Assembly: GCF_001194135.2 (NCBI RefSeq)
Contig: NC_068984.1
Coordinates: 21,961,530-22,025,529 of the forward strand
Length of the DNA: 64,000 nucleotides
Source: Octopus bimaculoides
Taxonomy: Eukaryota
Reading direction: 5' to 3'
The position numbers and the translations under genes are program-made. Every line of letters begins with the position of its first letter. Positions within the stretch are counted from its first letter, which is position 1. A model generated the notes under the pieces. The model did no database searches, was not told the origin of the DNA, and saw nothing but the letters and a program-made list of their open reading frames with translations. Shown here one piece after another: positions 26,485-41,127 of the stretch.

Positions 26485-27137
26485 NNNNNNNNNNNNNNNN
26501 NNNNNNNNNNNNNNNNNNNNNNNNNNNNNNNNNNNNNNNNNNNNNNNNNNNNNNNNNNNNNNNNNNNNNNNNNNNNNNNNNNNNNNNNNNNNNNNNNNNN
26601 NNNNNNNNNNNNNNNNNNNNNNNNNNNNNNNNNNNNNNNNNNNNNNNNNNNNNNNNNNNNNNNNNNNNNNNNNNNNNNNNNNNNNNNNNNNNNNNNNNNN
26701 NNNNNNNNNNNNNNNNNNNNNNNNNNNNNNNNNNNNNNNNNNNNNNNNNNNNNNNNNNNNNNNNNNNNNNNNNNNNNNNNNNNNNNNNNNNNNNNNNNNN
26801 NNNNNNNNNNNNATATGTCTATATTTTTATATATATACATACAGATACACAGACAAATTATTTAAACACACGCATATAATACAATTTGTATATGTATGTG
26901 AATATGTGAATATTTGTGTGTGGCTGTGTCAGAAATATTTCCTTTGTCTACATGTAATCATAAATCTAAACATAAGAGTGTACTTCCATCTATGATTAAG
27001 TATATTAGATGTTTGAAATATAGCATAACCGTTTCATACATTTTGTATTAGCTCAAATTAGAGACAAGGACTGGCAATATTCCCACTATTACTTTTTTGC
27101 TTTATCACGAAACGAACACAACACATATATTTTCATG

Positions 27138-27142
27138 TAATG

Positions 27143-27188
<46 letters not shown>

Positions 27189-27205
27189 TGATAATAATAA
27201 TGATG

Positions 27206-27238
<33 letters not shown>
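27138..27238. repeat. (AAT)n microsatellite with GAT interruptions
   Basis: Directly visible. Confidence 0.98.
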
Positions 27239-27239
<1 letters not shown>

Positions 27240-27649
27240 ACATACTTATAAATATATGACCATATACATAAGCGCATATCCATGTCTAAAATTATATATA
27301 TGTAGCTATACCAAGTGTATGTAAATTACAATAAACACACACACACACACACAGATACACACACACACATATATGTATGAATTTGTGTGATTGTTGCGTG
27401 TGTGTATGTGTGTGTTCTTATGAATATCAGATAGACATAATAGGTACAAAATATATAGGCCATATATTACAAATTGCAAATGTAAACTTACAGCCATTCA
27501 TCCCCACCAAACGGCAGTTACAAATTGCTGTGCTTTAACAAAATAAAAGCTACTTACGCATATGATTCTGTTTGATCAAGAAAACGTAATGACACTTGGC
27601 ATCTATACAAACTGGGTCTAAACATGAACTATTGAAACACATAGCTAAA

Positions 27650-27672
27650 TATATATGTATATATATTATATA

Positions 27673-27758
<86 letters not shown>
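27650..27758. repeat. (TA)n microsatellite
   Basis: Directly visible. Confidence 0.98.
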
Positions 27759-27763
<5 letters not shown>

Positions 27764-29129
27764 CATTATATGCTTGTGTGTGTGTTCCATTGCTTTTTGT
27801 TATCTATCGAATAGTTTATATTTCATACAGAGAAGGAAATTTCAAGCTGATAATGATTTTCTAAAGAAAAATGACACGACTTCATGACTTTTCTCGTCAT
27901 GGCGTTAGAATAAAGTGGTATTTAATCGTAAGCGAAACGATAACACAACATAAAGGTTTGTATTATATAAGCGTAGATTGTCAGATTATAAAATACACTA
28001 ATAAGTAGCACACAGTAAAATGTAGCAATAAATGTTGTGGTAAATATTTATAAAATACTTGATAATTTGATTTCGAAAAACAATTGTTAGAATCCTTCTG
28101 AGATTTCAGATTTATTTTACTTACAAATAAATATATTATTCTGTTGCCTATAAACTGTCAGCGAAATATAACCGTCCTGGAGCAAAATAATGAAATAAAA
28201 GTTGAGAATTTTGAAAACAGTTAATAATTGTTTATTTCTTCAATAAACATCTCGAAAGACAATTGACAAACCCTTTTGAGATTTCAGATTTAATTTTCTT
28301 ACAAATAAATATATTATCTTGTTGTCTATAAATAAACTGTCAGCGAGATATAAAAACGCTAGAGCGAAGAAAAGGAATAAAAATAATAAATAGAAGACAC
28401 AAGCAATACATCTAGAGAAATTATCACTTGAATATCGTTGACGGTAGTTGCAATAATAAAATATGTATGTCATTATAAATGCAGCAAATAACTTGAATAC
28501 AATATAAAGTCTAATAACTTTATTAAAATTCCGAATTGGCCATTGTTTTATTACAGTTCTTAATTTCACCGTCTGTAAAGGTGATCTAATAAAGATGATA
28601 ATTCACATAGACTTATCATTGCAAATTTCATAGAATGAAAATTAATCAATACTATTGACTCAGAAATTGAATGGCAACTCGTGCGCGCGTACACACCCAC
28701 ACATACAAATATACACACAAACGTCTATACTAATTAAGAAAAATACCATACATATAATTGCATTTTTATATACAAACACTTTTATATACAAACACTTTGC
28801 CCCTGCTGATTACCATTGATTCCCTAGCACCGTTTGTGTTTTTGACGCTGTTGACACAACCGAATGAAATGGTACTGCCAGGTGTCGAAACCACAGTGAT
28901 ATCCGTTTAACAGCTGATGATGGGAATACATATTTTGTGCGCTTGTTTGTAATACATTTATGTCTTAGTATCCTTATTGAGTTATCTTTCCTTCCAGTTA
29001 AGTGGAAAGTGTTTGTAGATTCAAAACAGAGTTTCTATAGATTTGTAACATACGTAAATATGTCAGAAATACACAGTTTATATACATAGCGACAACATAG
29101 CAATACTTTGAATGCCAACCCAACATTAC

Positions 29130-29900
29130 AAAATAGACAAAGAGCTTTATAAATTCTACTTGGGCTTTTTGAAAATTGCCATGTATGGCAATTTCATTCC
29201 TCGTTGGTATATGGCTTATTTTATTTTGTAATACATATTAGCACTTTTTTGACTTAGACGTGCCCCCTCTAATTCAAGTTTTTCTTCATTCTCTCATTTA
29301 GAGCCCTATTACTTTTTCGCTTATAAGAATTTCCATATATATGTTGATTGTTAACCATGCATTTCCTTTGCTATCGTCTTTCCTAAGTAAGATTAAATTC
29401 GGTGATGAAATACAATGTGCCTGATTACTTTTGAACAGGGATATTCTCTTCCAGTATGATAGACACATTGTGGCATTTGATTTGATAACTAATTCAAGCT
29501 AAGAGCTGGTATGGTTCTTATACGGATATTTACTATTGAGGTAATAGTAATGACCTGGGTATGCATTATCGAGTTGTTTATGTGCTGGGTATTTATTTTT
29601 TTAATATTGAATTTTTCTGGCGACTCATTTTTCAAGTATCAGCTAATACTTGGTGCAGATTGTTTTTTCTGTGATGTTATATACATTTGGCAATTTCTTG
29701 ACTCAAAGTCGGTAAGTTTAAGCAGTTCATCACGCATTAAGTTATGCTTCTTCAATTTAATAGCTTTTCTCATTTTGATTTAATCAGATATATGTTTCCT
29801 CAGTGTTTTTAGTAGTTTGTCGATCTCGTGCTGTGATATTTTTATTCTCCCCAGCTATATTCCTTCCACCAATAACAGAATTACATATTTAATATCGATT
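29130..29900 (-). mobile_element. Possible decayed LINE 3' region
   Basis: The minus strand is A-rich with a broken reading IKMRKAIKLKKHNLMRDELLKLTDFESRNCQ. No diagnostic motif was seen. Confidence 0.25.
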
Positions 29901-31418
29901 TTCTTTCTTCTATGTAGATGAGCATTTAAATGGAGCGTTATTCTGGTTTAATCGACGCCAGTTTATATCTGAAGTGTATTTTATCGACTTGGAGACGGGA
30001 ATAATAAAAATACACATAGGCTGGATTTAAATTTTGATGTAAACATTCTTTCTGTTCCAAATTAATGGTTGCAGGCCCTATATTCGTTGTTTCCCGTATT
30101 ATTAAATAAATCATTTTACTTATTGAGATAAAAACTGTTTAAACCACACAGGGGATTTCACAGATTTTATGTTTATGCTGAAAATATATTATTTAATGAT
30201 AATTGTGGCAGAATGAAACAAGAAATGAAAATTAATGTAATTAATATGATGCCACTTGCTTGGAACTCCCAAGTGAAAAGCCAAAAAATAAAAAAAAGCA
30301 TTAAGTAAACATCATTAAGATAACAAACCGATTTAATAATTAATGAATCTTTTTATTAATCATTGAGGCAGTGGAGACAGAAGATATTTAGTGATGCAAG
30401 TTTTCTGTAAAGCTGATATAATGCCAAAAATTACATGAAATGTTGAACTGAAAGAGCATTGAGATATAGCAGGTTCCATTGTCCTTATGTGTGAGATAAC
30501 AATACAATAAACGAACTGTAGAGCAAATCTCATTTCAGATGTATGGTGTGTTAAATCTGTTGCTGTCAACTGGAACCTTAACATACTAAATCTGTAATAT
30601 TATGGCTTATTTCAAAACAGCATAGAAAACAAAAGAATAGGGGTAACTGCCTATGAACCTAATATAGCATGCAGTTTCGATTCTAACAGCAGCTGTTCCT
30701 AAATATTTTAGTCACAGTTAATTTTGGTTAAACGTCTGAGACGTTGTAAACATGCAATGTAATGGACCACTTAATTAGCTTTATAATACATCGATATGTT
30801 TCATGCAGCGAAATTTCCAAAATGAGATTTGTCATCCATGAAAAGTGAGTTCTAGCATTTTCGGAAGAGACTTTGTAATGTCAGAACTAAACTTCTCTAC
30901 AGAACAATCGAATTTATTTTATTTTCCGATGGTCACTAAGTGCTTCATTTTTATCCTACCGGAAGTAAGTTATCTTTGGTTTTGTTGGTTATATATTGTT
31001 TGTTATATATTGTTTGTTCCTAATATATCCAAAATCCACTACGATTATGTATACCAGGATATTCGGCTAAATTAAATGTAGCATTGTCAACAAAATACCC
31101 CATTTGCCTACTTTACTTGCTCCCAGCGTTTATTGCAGCATAGATTTGGTCGTATATATTGCTTTGACGTCCTAACGATAACATTAAACAGATTGTAAAA
31201 AAAAAAAAAAATGAAACCTAAACACAACGATTATCTCTCCAACAGGACCTCACAGGAACGTGTGTAACAAATGCATCTCACTGTATAAACAGACAAATAA
31301 TTAAAGTATACTGGTGAGAAACAACAAATATAACGAACGGCTTCTTGAGAGGACATTTATGACAATTATCTCAAAGAAATTTTATAGTTTGAGATCCTTT
31401 AAAGATATAGCTATACCG

Positions 31419-31419
<1 letters not shown>

Positions 31420-31515
<96 letters not shown>
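31420..31515. repeat. (AC)n microsatellite
   Basis: Directly visible. Confidence 0.98.
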
Positions 31516-31516
<1 letters not shown>

Positions 31517-32587
31517 CCAATCACCGACACACAAACAAACATAATTCTTAAATATCTATTTCAATTGTAGCTTTCGCATATATATTGTTCACCTAGATTC
31601 ACTGCATAAAACCTATAATCGATTTATGCTCGATTTAGGCTATCTCAAGAAATATAGTTAATTTTCTTATGGATTTAGCATACAATGAATCTAATACAGA
31701 TTTTCTTGACTTATTTTCTTATGCATGGTGACTATTATGATAGATGTCTCCAGTAAAACTAAATCAATTTAAATATACGCTTCCTTTACTGGTTTCATTT
31801 CTTTTCCAATAGATCGTAATGGATAGTTTCACAATAGATATGCAGTCTCAGATAGTCGTTTACACAGTCACAACCACGAACACATATAAAGACAAGGGTA
31901 AACACAAACGTATATGTATGTATAATATAATGTATAATGCAATATACAGGACCTGTATACACATACATATATGCACGTATAAATACCATTCGCCTATCTA
32001 TCCATCCATCTATCTATCTATCTCTGTCTGTCTGTCTGTCTCTATCTATCTATCTATCGATCTATAAATCTATCTCTCTCTCTCTCTATATATATAGTTA
32101 AGATGTTAAAAAAGAAAAGAACCTAGTACTTAACACAAGTAGTTAGAGTTGTACATCTTAAAAAAAGTAAATTTTATTCAGCTTTAAGTTATAGGAAGAT
32201 TTGTACGTGTAGAGACACCGCTACGTCTTCGGAAGCAAGAGAGGTAGATTCCAGTGTTGTTATCATACACACGCGCACATACACACTCACACACGCATAC
32301 ACATACTTATTCATACGCCTTTCTCNNNNNNNNNNNNNNNNNNNNNNNNNNNNNNNNNNNNNNNNNNNNNNNNNNNNNNNNNNNNNNNNNNNNNNNNNNN
32401 NNNNNNNNNNNNTATATATATATATTTATATATATATAAATATACACAAATATGGGGGTTTAGTTTACAGGTGATCTAAACGGCTAGGTACGTGCTGTAA
32501 CGGATTACCAGGGCTCCATGGTTATAGCCGAGACGGTAGTTATGGAGTCATTGTGGATTTCCGATATGTTATGTGATATACTTTTAT

Positions 32588-32682
32588 AAGTGGAGGGGTA
32601 AGAGAGGCCAGTGACTCCGAAGTTTCGGCCCGCTAGCCTTCGTCGTGCTACAGAAACTTCGAAATCATTGTCATCTCCACTT
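32588..32682. repeat. Short hairpin element, copy 2
   Basis: Shares CAGTGACT(T/C)CGAAGTTTCGGCC..TTCGTCG..GAA(A)CTTCGAA.TC.TTGTCA with 8068-8153. Confidence 0.7.
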
Positions 32683-32802
32683 CTCGTAAAAGCATTATTG
32701 GTATGAATTCTACAGTAAGTATTGAATAATTCTTCAGTTTGACGTTAATTTATTATGCATTTTAATTCGTCATAAAAAATATATAAGATATATGTTTGTG
32801 TA

Positions 32803-32839
<37 letters not shown>

Positions 32840-33534
32840 NNNNNNNNNNTATATATATATATATATATATATACATATATACATATGTGTGTGTGTGTGC
32901 ATTCCGTCTTCTATGACAAAGTAATCTTAAGTCTTGTTTTTGACCCTAAATTAGATACGGTGTTAAATATATGGAAGTAATATTCTCTAACTATGCTACT
33001 TATTTGAATATTGAAATCAGGAAAAGAGAAACCGATTGTTAGACACACATTGACTGATACTTATAGTTATCAAATCCAATTTGATATGTCTGGAAAACTG
33101 TGCTATATATTTATATTTATATATATATAAACGCATGTATGAATGTACATATGTATGTATATGTATATATATATATATATGTATATATATATTTGTGTTA
33201 GATAAATTTAGTCATTTTTTTCCTTTTATTTTAATCCTTTCCTGTTTTTTCGCTTTAACACAGAAAGCATTTTTTATCGTTACTGTTTTATGACTGTTAT
33301 AGTGCTATTATTCCTGTACAACTTTTTTGTTTATCATTTCTATTTTTTAATTTTGGAATTTGAATAAATTTTACTTTTTTTCCTACATATCACAATGGAT
33401 TACCAAGAAGACAAAGAAAAAAAAATGTTTCTGCTAACTCATGACGAAATATATAAGGTAATATATGAAATACTTAAGTGTACAATATCCATAAGAAACT
33501 TTATCTGAAGCCCGACCAAAGTAATCATATATAT

Positions 33535-33910
33535 TCTTTTCTACTCTAGGCACAAGGTCCGAAATTTTGGGGAAGGGGGCCAGTCGATTAGATCGTCCCC
33601 AGTACGCAAATGGCACTTAATTTATCCCGAAAGGATGAAAGTCAAAGTCGACCTCAGAACGTAAACACAGACGAAATACCTATTTCGTTATTGCCCACAA
33701 GGGGCTAAACATAGAGGGAACAAACAACAGACGAACGGATTAAGTCGATTACATCGACCCCAGTGCGTAACTGGTACTTAATTTATCGACCCCGAAAGGA
33801 TGAAAGGCAAAGTCGACCTCGGCGGAATTTGAACTCAGAACATTGAAACAGACGAAATACCGCTAAGCATTTCGCCCGGCGTGCTAACGATTCTGCCTAC
33901 TCGCCGCCTT
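33535..33910 (-). mobile_element. Composite (dimeric) SINE family A
   Basis: Reverse complement of head + body + tail X, fused to a head-truncated unit carrying tail Y. Confidence 0.92.
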
Positions 33911-34929
33911 AGTGAGCATATATATTGGCATAGTGAATGGAACACCACAGACTGTAGAGCAAAGACTGAGGTTCAATAGGCGATCGAATAATTTCTGGAG
34001 AAGGGGTCTGCAGACCTTATGAGTCGGAATCGGTAGGATATATAATGGTTAAAAATTAACTGTGTAATCTCGAATATCACACCGTGCCAAAGCTAGCTGC
34101 CAAAAAGAGTACTTTTGCTGCCACATAACGCATTGACGTAGCAGAAAATATTTAGTAACTTTTCCATATCGGAGAGTTATGTAGCGAATAATATTACTGT
34201 ATGATTGGGACTCGTAGATTCAGTAGGACTGTGAGGAGGGTCGACTAACTCAAGCGTCTTGAACCCGTGTTCCACGTTGTATCTTAATCTGCTAGAAACA
34301 ACAACTAAATTTCCTCCGTATTAAGCTCTGCCATCGTAAATAAGAAAAAGACACACAAGCAATTCTATTCCGATAAAGACGAGATGATCATGGCTGGAAA
34401 GCCTTGGTAATTTGTTTATTCTATATGAGTTCATACAGAGACGAACAATAACAAAGATATCTTTAAAAAATCCAACTTAGAGATATCACAAACTTTGTGG
34501 CAAAGAAAATTTCTCGAAAGTCCATGTAAAATTGGAAATGATAGTCGATTTATAAGTGGGAGAGAAAAAAATACAAAAAGTAAATAAATAAAAGGGGGGA
34601 AATGCCATTTCTGCGAAGCTGATGTTTATGTCAGCAATTGCCAATAACGCAAAGTTCTGTGGCAATTAGTCTAGAAGTTTTAACTGAATAGGCAAGATAA
34701 TTTTCTGAATTAATACATATGGAAGGAATATTTTTCCTAGGAGGTCAATGTGGCGTAGGCATTATTTTGTAAAGCCATTCTGTACAATTTGTCAAAGAAT
34801 ACTGCAGCAAATAAGGATTGAGAACCGTATATGCAAAAAAGAAGAAAAAAAAGCGTTGGTTTAATAGATTACGTTTAGAGTTACAATGACAGCTCTTACC
34901 AGTAGTGTAACGTTTAGCACACAAACACC

Positions 34930-34981
<52 letters not shown>

Positions 34982-35478
34982 NNNNNNNNNNNNNNNNNNN
35001 NNNNNNNNNNNNNNNNNNNNNNNNNNNNNNNNNNNNNNNNNNNNNNNNNNNNNNNNNNNNNNNNNNNNNNNNNNNNNNNNNNNNNNNNNNNNNNNNNNNN
35101 NNNNNNNNNNNNNNNNNNNNNNNNNNNNNNNNNNNNNNNNNNNNNNNNNNNNNNNNNNNNNNNNNNNNNNNNNNNNNNNNNNNNNNNNNNNNNNNNNNNN
35201 NNNNNNNNNNNNNNNNNNNNNNNNNNNNNNNNNNNNNNNNNNNNNNNNNNNNNNNNNNNNNNNNNNNNNNNNNNNNNNNNNNNNNNNNNNNNNNNNNNNN
35301 NNNNNNNNNNNNNNNNNNNNNNNNNNNNNNNNNNNNNNNNNNNNNNNNNNNNNNNNNNNNNNNNNNNNNNNNNNNNNNNNNNNNNNNNNNNNNNNNNNNN
35401 NNNNNNNNNNNNNNNNNNNNNNNNNNNNNNNNNNNNNNNNNNNNNNNNNNNNNNNNNNNNNNNNNNNNNNNNNNNNNN

Positions 35479-35522
<44 letters not shown>

Positions 35523-36024
35523 AATAGGACCATTTATTTAGTCGAAATTGAAGATTTAGTCTGTCGCTCCTGTTTCTGTACAGCGCGATGACTGTTATTA
35601 CGGGGAAATAAATGAGGATAATCGAAGAAGAAGAGAGAGAGAGATGGAGAGTGAGAGGGGAGAGGAAGAGAGAGAGGGAGGGAGTGAGTGAGATAGAGAG
35701 TGAGAGAAAGAATGTAGGCTCAGTTTTGAATAAATAATCTCTGCATTATATAATGAGTACTTTTTCTATCGTTTGCAAATCCAAAACACACACACAAACA
35801 ATACACATGTGCAGACATCACACATATATGNNNNNNNNNNNNNNNNNNNNNNNNNNNNNNNNNNNNNNNNNNNNNNNNNNNNNNNNNNNNNNNNNNNNNN
35901 NNNNNNNNATATATGCATGCATATATATATACATATATACATGTATATATATATATACATATATACATATCCGCACACGCACACATATATGTATGTATGT
36001 GTGTGTGTATATATGTGTTTTTGA

Positions 36025-36055
<31 letters not shown>

Positions 36056-37671
36056 TATATAGATATACTCTAAGTTACTGTAAAAGGAGTTGTAGTTTAC
36101 GAAATATTCTTCTTGTCATATGATGGTTCGTATATGTGTTGTAATTCACTCTTTGAAAAATAACCTAATTTGATGCAATTAAGAATTTGAAAATTATTGT
36201 ATTTTAATAGTTTCTTTTCATCTTCTGCAGACTAACGATCTGTCTTCAGAAGTTAAAACTACTTTTACTTTGTTCGCATGTTGTCAGTTTGAATCTAAGA
36301 TTTCTGCCTTTTAATTATACACATAGTTTGGCTTTATAAATGTCATAGTCTTTGAAGTTTTGTAACTGCAGTTTCCCTCAATCATTGATTTCCGCCGATG
36401 CTGGCTGAGAAAAGAAAATATTTTTATGTAAGAATGCATGTGCGTAGTTATACCCACGTGAATCAAAATTCTACACATCCATAAATACATTCTGTCCCAG
36501 ATACAGGCACACAAACATATGTGCAGATACTCAACTCAGGTACTTATGTGTGTGAGTACACACACATATATATATATATGTGTGTGTTTGTGTGAGTATA
36601 TATAAGTGTATATATATCTACATATAAACATGTATAAATATATATGCATATATACACACACATACATATATATGTGTATATCGAGAAAGAGAGAGATACT
36701 ATTGCAGCCGTACATGAATAAATAAAGGAAGTAGATGAAATGCGAGTGGTCGTAAACAATGGAAAATTAAAAATACAATTTCTCCCAGAAATTTTTCGAA
36801 AAATAATGAAAAACGATAATAAAATAAAAATAGATTAAAAGAAAACAAATGAATATACAAGAGAAATTGAATTTTTAAAATTGAATTTTAAGAAAGAGAA
36901 CAAAAATAGCTGCAAAAAAAAACCCCCCAAAAAAAACACGTTTCCTTTCTCTGAACAAAAGAGCATAAAACAGAATTTAAGAAAAAATAATAAGGCTAGT
37001 AGTAAAGTATTAAACATATAAAACACAAAAACATAGTACATACATATACATACATATATACATATCTACATGTATGTATGTATATATACACGCACGCACA
37101 TATGTATACACAAACACACACGCACACATATTTAACTATATATTATTGGATAACATCGTACGCACGCACACATAAATATCTGTGTGTATGTCTACGTATT
37201 CATTACCATATACTAAAATGCACACGCGTAATATATGTATGCACAGAATTATGTGCTTCTGGTGACGTCTTACCGATATACAAACTGCAAGAGCTCACAT
37301 AGTCACACAGATTCATACACAGGCACCCAACCTACACATATATAATAAATCATACATTTACACGCAGGAACATTATTAAAAGGGAGGAGTAAATATATGA
37401 TAAAAAGCACGCTTTTCGGAAGCGATGAGTAAGATATTGGAAAATTAAGAGTGAAATCACGTATAGGTAGAAATTTATTGGACACATTACGGAAAGGTGT
37501 GAATAAATATATTAAAAAAATCCTAAAAGCAGGCGTAGTCGTATGGTTAAACGACTACATCATTCCGAGTTTCATAGCGGTTGTACGCCAACTGGGGCAA
37601 GACTCTTCTGCAATAATCTTGTGTTGATAATAGCCTTTTGAGTGAAATTTGGTATGCAAGGCTCGTTGTGT

Positions 37672-37702
<31 letters not shown>

Positions 37703-38463
37703 TTATGTATGTATGCATATATATGTGTGTCTGTGTGAACTGGGGGGACATTTGTGTGTTCTGTCTAACAAGTAAAGCAGCTACGTGGAAATATTTTCAA
37801 TGGTATACAAAATGGAAGTATTAAATATAAAATATATTTGATATTGACTTCAGTGGGAAATAATCACTTCTCTTTCTTTTTGAGACTGTCATGAAGAAGT
37901 AAATAATTTCTTCTTTACTTTTGCTTATCGAATTCCAGTCACTTAGATATAAAATAAATATTAAAAAATAATAAAATATGATTTTGACAGCCATACGTCA
38001 GAAATAATAGCGTTGGAAGCATTCGATTAGGCAGACTCTATCGACGGCATGTCACTATGAATACATGCCGTATGTCCAAATGCTTCTTAGCGTGCTTAAA
38101 TTTATTTATTTGTCTCGCATGAAGTACAGTTTCTTTGTGGAGAAACGCTAGCGACACAGGTTACTCATTTGGGAACTATACCAATGGCATCATGCAGGTG
38201 TAACTGTGTTACTTACACATGTATGCATACATACATACACATGCATATACTTATGTATTTGTGTGTGAATAGCATAGGGATGTACAATTATATTTAACGT
38301 GTTAGTGTACACTCAGACATGGAAAGACATACACTTCAGCATTTGTCTGGGGAGAAAAATTCTCCTTGTAAACAATATTCTACAAGGAGAATTCTCCTTA
38401 CAGGCAGGTTATGAATGACGTCTTCAGGTTGTAGGGTGGAAGTTTTTTCTCCATGTTACTTAC

Positions 38464-38499
38464 CGTTAGCTACGGATACGAAATCACCCTTTATATCCT
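38464..38499 (-). CDS. Candidate 36-nt phase 1-1 microexon (xDIKGDFVSVANx)
   Basis: Consensus branch point TACTAAC, then TCCTTGTTCTTAG acceptor. Donor ACG|GTAAGTA. Open in phase 1. Confidence 0.55.
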
Positions 38500-38904
38500 C
38501 TAAGAACAAGGAGTTAGTACAGCAAATTTTTCTCACTAAACTGTTAGGCAGCTTGTACAAAAATGTGTTGCTCTTGTACGCAAAGCATTGTGAAGCAGAA
38601 ATTAATGAATTAAAAGTGCTCTAAGCAGCGGAGAATAAAGCATAGGCGTGTTCAATCATATTAAATGTTTGAGAGTGTCATAGAAAAGACTTGTTTTCTA
38701 TGAATGTTATAGAAAGTATATTATTTCAGCAGATGCCATCAACATACTTAACTAGATCAAAATATCTAAATAGATCAAATAGTAAAGAAAAGCTAAAATA
38801 AAGATGGTGCTAATAAGTTAGACATGGCTTGGACGAAGAATGACCGAAACCTATCAAAGTATCAAAATATATTACAAATATAATGAGCCTGAAATATATA
38901 GCCT

Positions 38905-38973
<69 letters not shown>

Positions 38974-39143
38974 NNNNNNNNNNNNNNNNNNNNNNNNNNN
39001 NNNNNNNNNNNNNNNNNNNNNNNNNNNNNNNNNNNNNNNNNNNNNNNNNNNNNNNNNNNNNNNNNNNNNNNNNNNNNNNNNNNNNNNNNNNNNNNNNNNN
39101 NNNNNNNNNNNNNNNNNNNNNNNNNNNNNNNNNNNNNNNNNNN

Positions 39144-39190
<47 letters not shown>

Positions 39191-40492
39191 CCCCACCGTT
39201 TGAGCAACTTTGTCGACATCTTACTCAAACCGTTTCTGAAATATGTGAATTTATACACCAATATCCCACACGATTATGGTATAGAAGCGATCACCTTCTG
39301 GCTAGAAAAATACCCAGAAGAGATCTCAGGACGCATCAACTACAGATTCATAATCGCAGCACTCAAATTCATCCTACTGAACAACTATTTCATGTTCGAT
39401 ACAGTTTACTATCGACAAAAATGTGGAATTGCAAGGGAAACCCGAGCTGCTCCAGTGATTGCGAATCTTGTAATGGGTTACCTAGAGCTTAAAATATATC
39501 AATAATCACTACAAAAATATGGCACCTCTTTTCATTGCTATTTAAAGGAGAACTGGAAGAGGTATTTGGACGATTACTTTATACATTGGAAAGACAGCAT
39601 GGACAAACTCCTCGATTTCAAAATAATGCTTAACAATATTAATATCAAGATACAATTCACCATGGAGCACAGTAGTAAACAACTCCCTTTTCTTGACATC
39701 CTAATTAAAATAGTCAATAACCACATAGAAACAGACATCTTCTATAAACCCACAGATTCTAAACAATAACTATTATTCAACTCATGCCACCCCAAACACA
39801 GAAAAATTAATATACCTTATAATCTAGCGAAAAGAATCTGTACTATAGTTTCGGACACCTATACTCGTGAACGAGGGCTCCTTGAACTCAGATCAATACT
39901 AATCAAAAGACATTTCCCAATATCATTAATAAATGATGGCATTAAACGAGCTAAGGAAATAGATATACGAATATAAAGGGAAGTCAACCGAAATACTAAA
40001 CCAGACTTAAAAATACTCCCATACATCTCCACACATAACCCTAGAAACAACGAAGACTTTAACATTATCATCCAAAATCTACCCATCCGCACAGGAGATA
40101 AACCAATTAACAAAATTTTAGGCACATTCAAAATTATCAAAAGCAAAATGCAACCAGCGCAAGACTATATCCATTAACAACAGAACCAAAAGTGAAAAAA
40201 CGTGGTCAACCTAACTGTGGTACATGCCCCCACCTTTTAGAGGGTTCAGAGTTCCACTTTAAACAAGGTGAAATATTTAAGATTAAATCAAATTTCACCT
40301 GTGCCTCGGAAAATCTAATCTATGCCATTACATGCTTAGGGTGTGGCAATAATTATATTGGCCAAACAGGAATTCACTCCGTCGAAGAATCACTCTCCAC
40401 AAAGAACAAATCTGCCACCCAGAGTACAGACAGATACAGGTCAGTGGACACATAGAAAGGTGTGCTAGGAATCTTAATTCTAATTTCCTAAT
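39191..40492 (+). mobile_element. Penelope-like retroelement, decayed (RT + GIY-YIG endonuclease); the 3' end runs into an N-gap
   Basis: One frame read through nonsense codons gives VNLYTNIP, YYRQKCG..APVIANLVMGYLE, WKRYLDD, FTMEHSSKQLPFLDILI, LLFNSCHPKH and LPYISTHNP. After a frameshift it gives CGTCPHL..LIYAITCLGCGNNYIGQTG (GIY-YIG). This domain order is diagnostic of PLEs. Confidence 0.95.
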
Positions 40493-41091
40493 NNNNNNNN
40501 NNNNNNNNNNNNNNNNNNNNNNNNNNNNNNNNNNNNNNNNNNNNNNNNNNNNNNNNNNNNNNNNNNNNNNNNNNNNNNNNNNNNNNNNNNNNNNNNNNNN
40601 NNNNNNNNNNNNNNNNNNNNNNNNNNNNNNNNNNNNNNNNNNNNNNNNNNNNNNNNNNNNNNNNNNNNNNNNNNNNNNNNNNNNNNNNNNNNNNNNNNNN
40701 NNNNNNNNNNNNNNNNNNNNNNNNNNNNNNNNNNNNNNNNNNNNNNNNNNNNNNNNNNNNNNNNNNNNNNNNNNNNNNNNNNNNNNNNNNNNNNNNNNNN
40801 NNNNNNNNNNNNNNNNNNNNNNNNNNNNNNNNNNNNNNNNNNNNNNNNNNNNNNNNNNNNNNNNNNNNNNNNNNNNNNNNNNNNNNNNNNNNNNNNNNNN
40901 NNNNNNNNNNNNNNNNNNNNNNNNNNNNNNNNNNNNNNNNNNNNNNNNNNNNNNNNNNNNNNNNNNNNNNNNNNNNNNNNNNNNNNNNNNNNNNNNNNNN
41001 NNNNNNNNNNNNNNNNNNNNNNNNNNNNNNNNNNNNNNNNNNNNNNNNNNNNNNNNNNNNNNNNNNNNNNNNNNNNNNNNNNNNNNNNNNN
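40493..41091. other. Assembly gap. Others lie at about 2841-3038, 5926-6264, 26485-26812, 32326-32411, 32840-32849, 34982-35479, 35831-35908, 38974-39143, 44664-44875, 47606-47908 and 62920-63633.
   Basis: Runs of N. Confidence 1.
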
Positions 41092-41092
41092 N

Positions 41093-41127
<35 letters not shown>

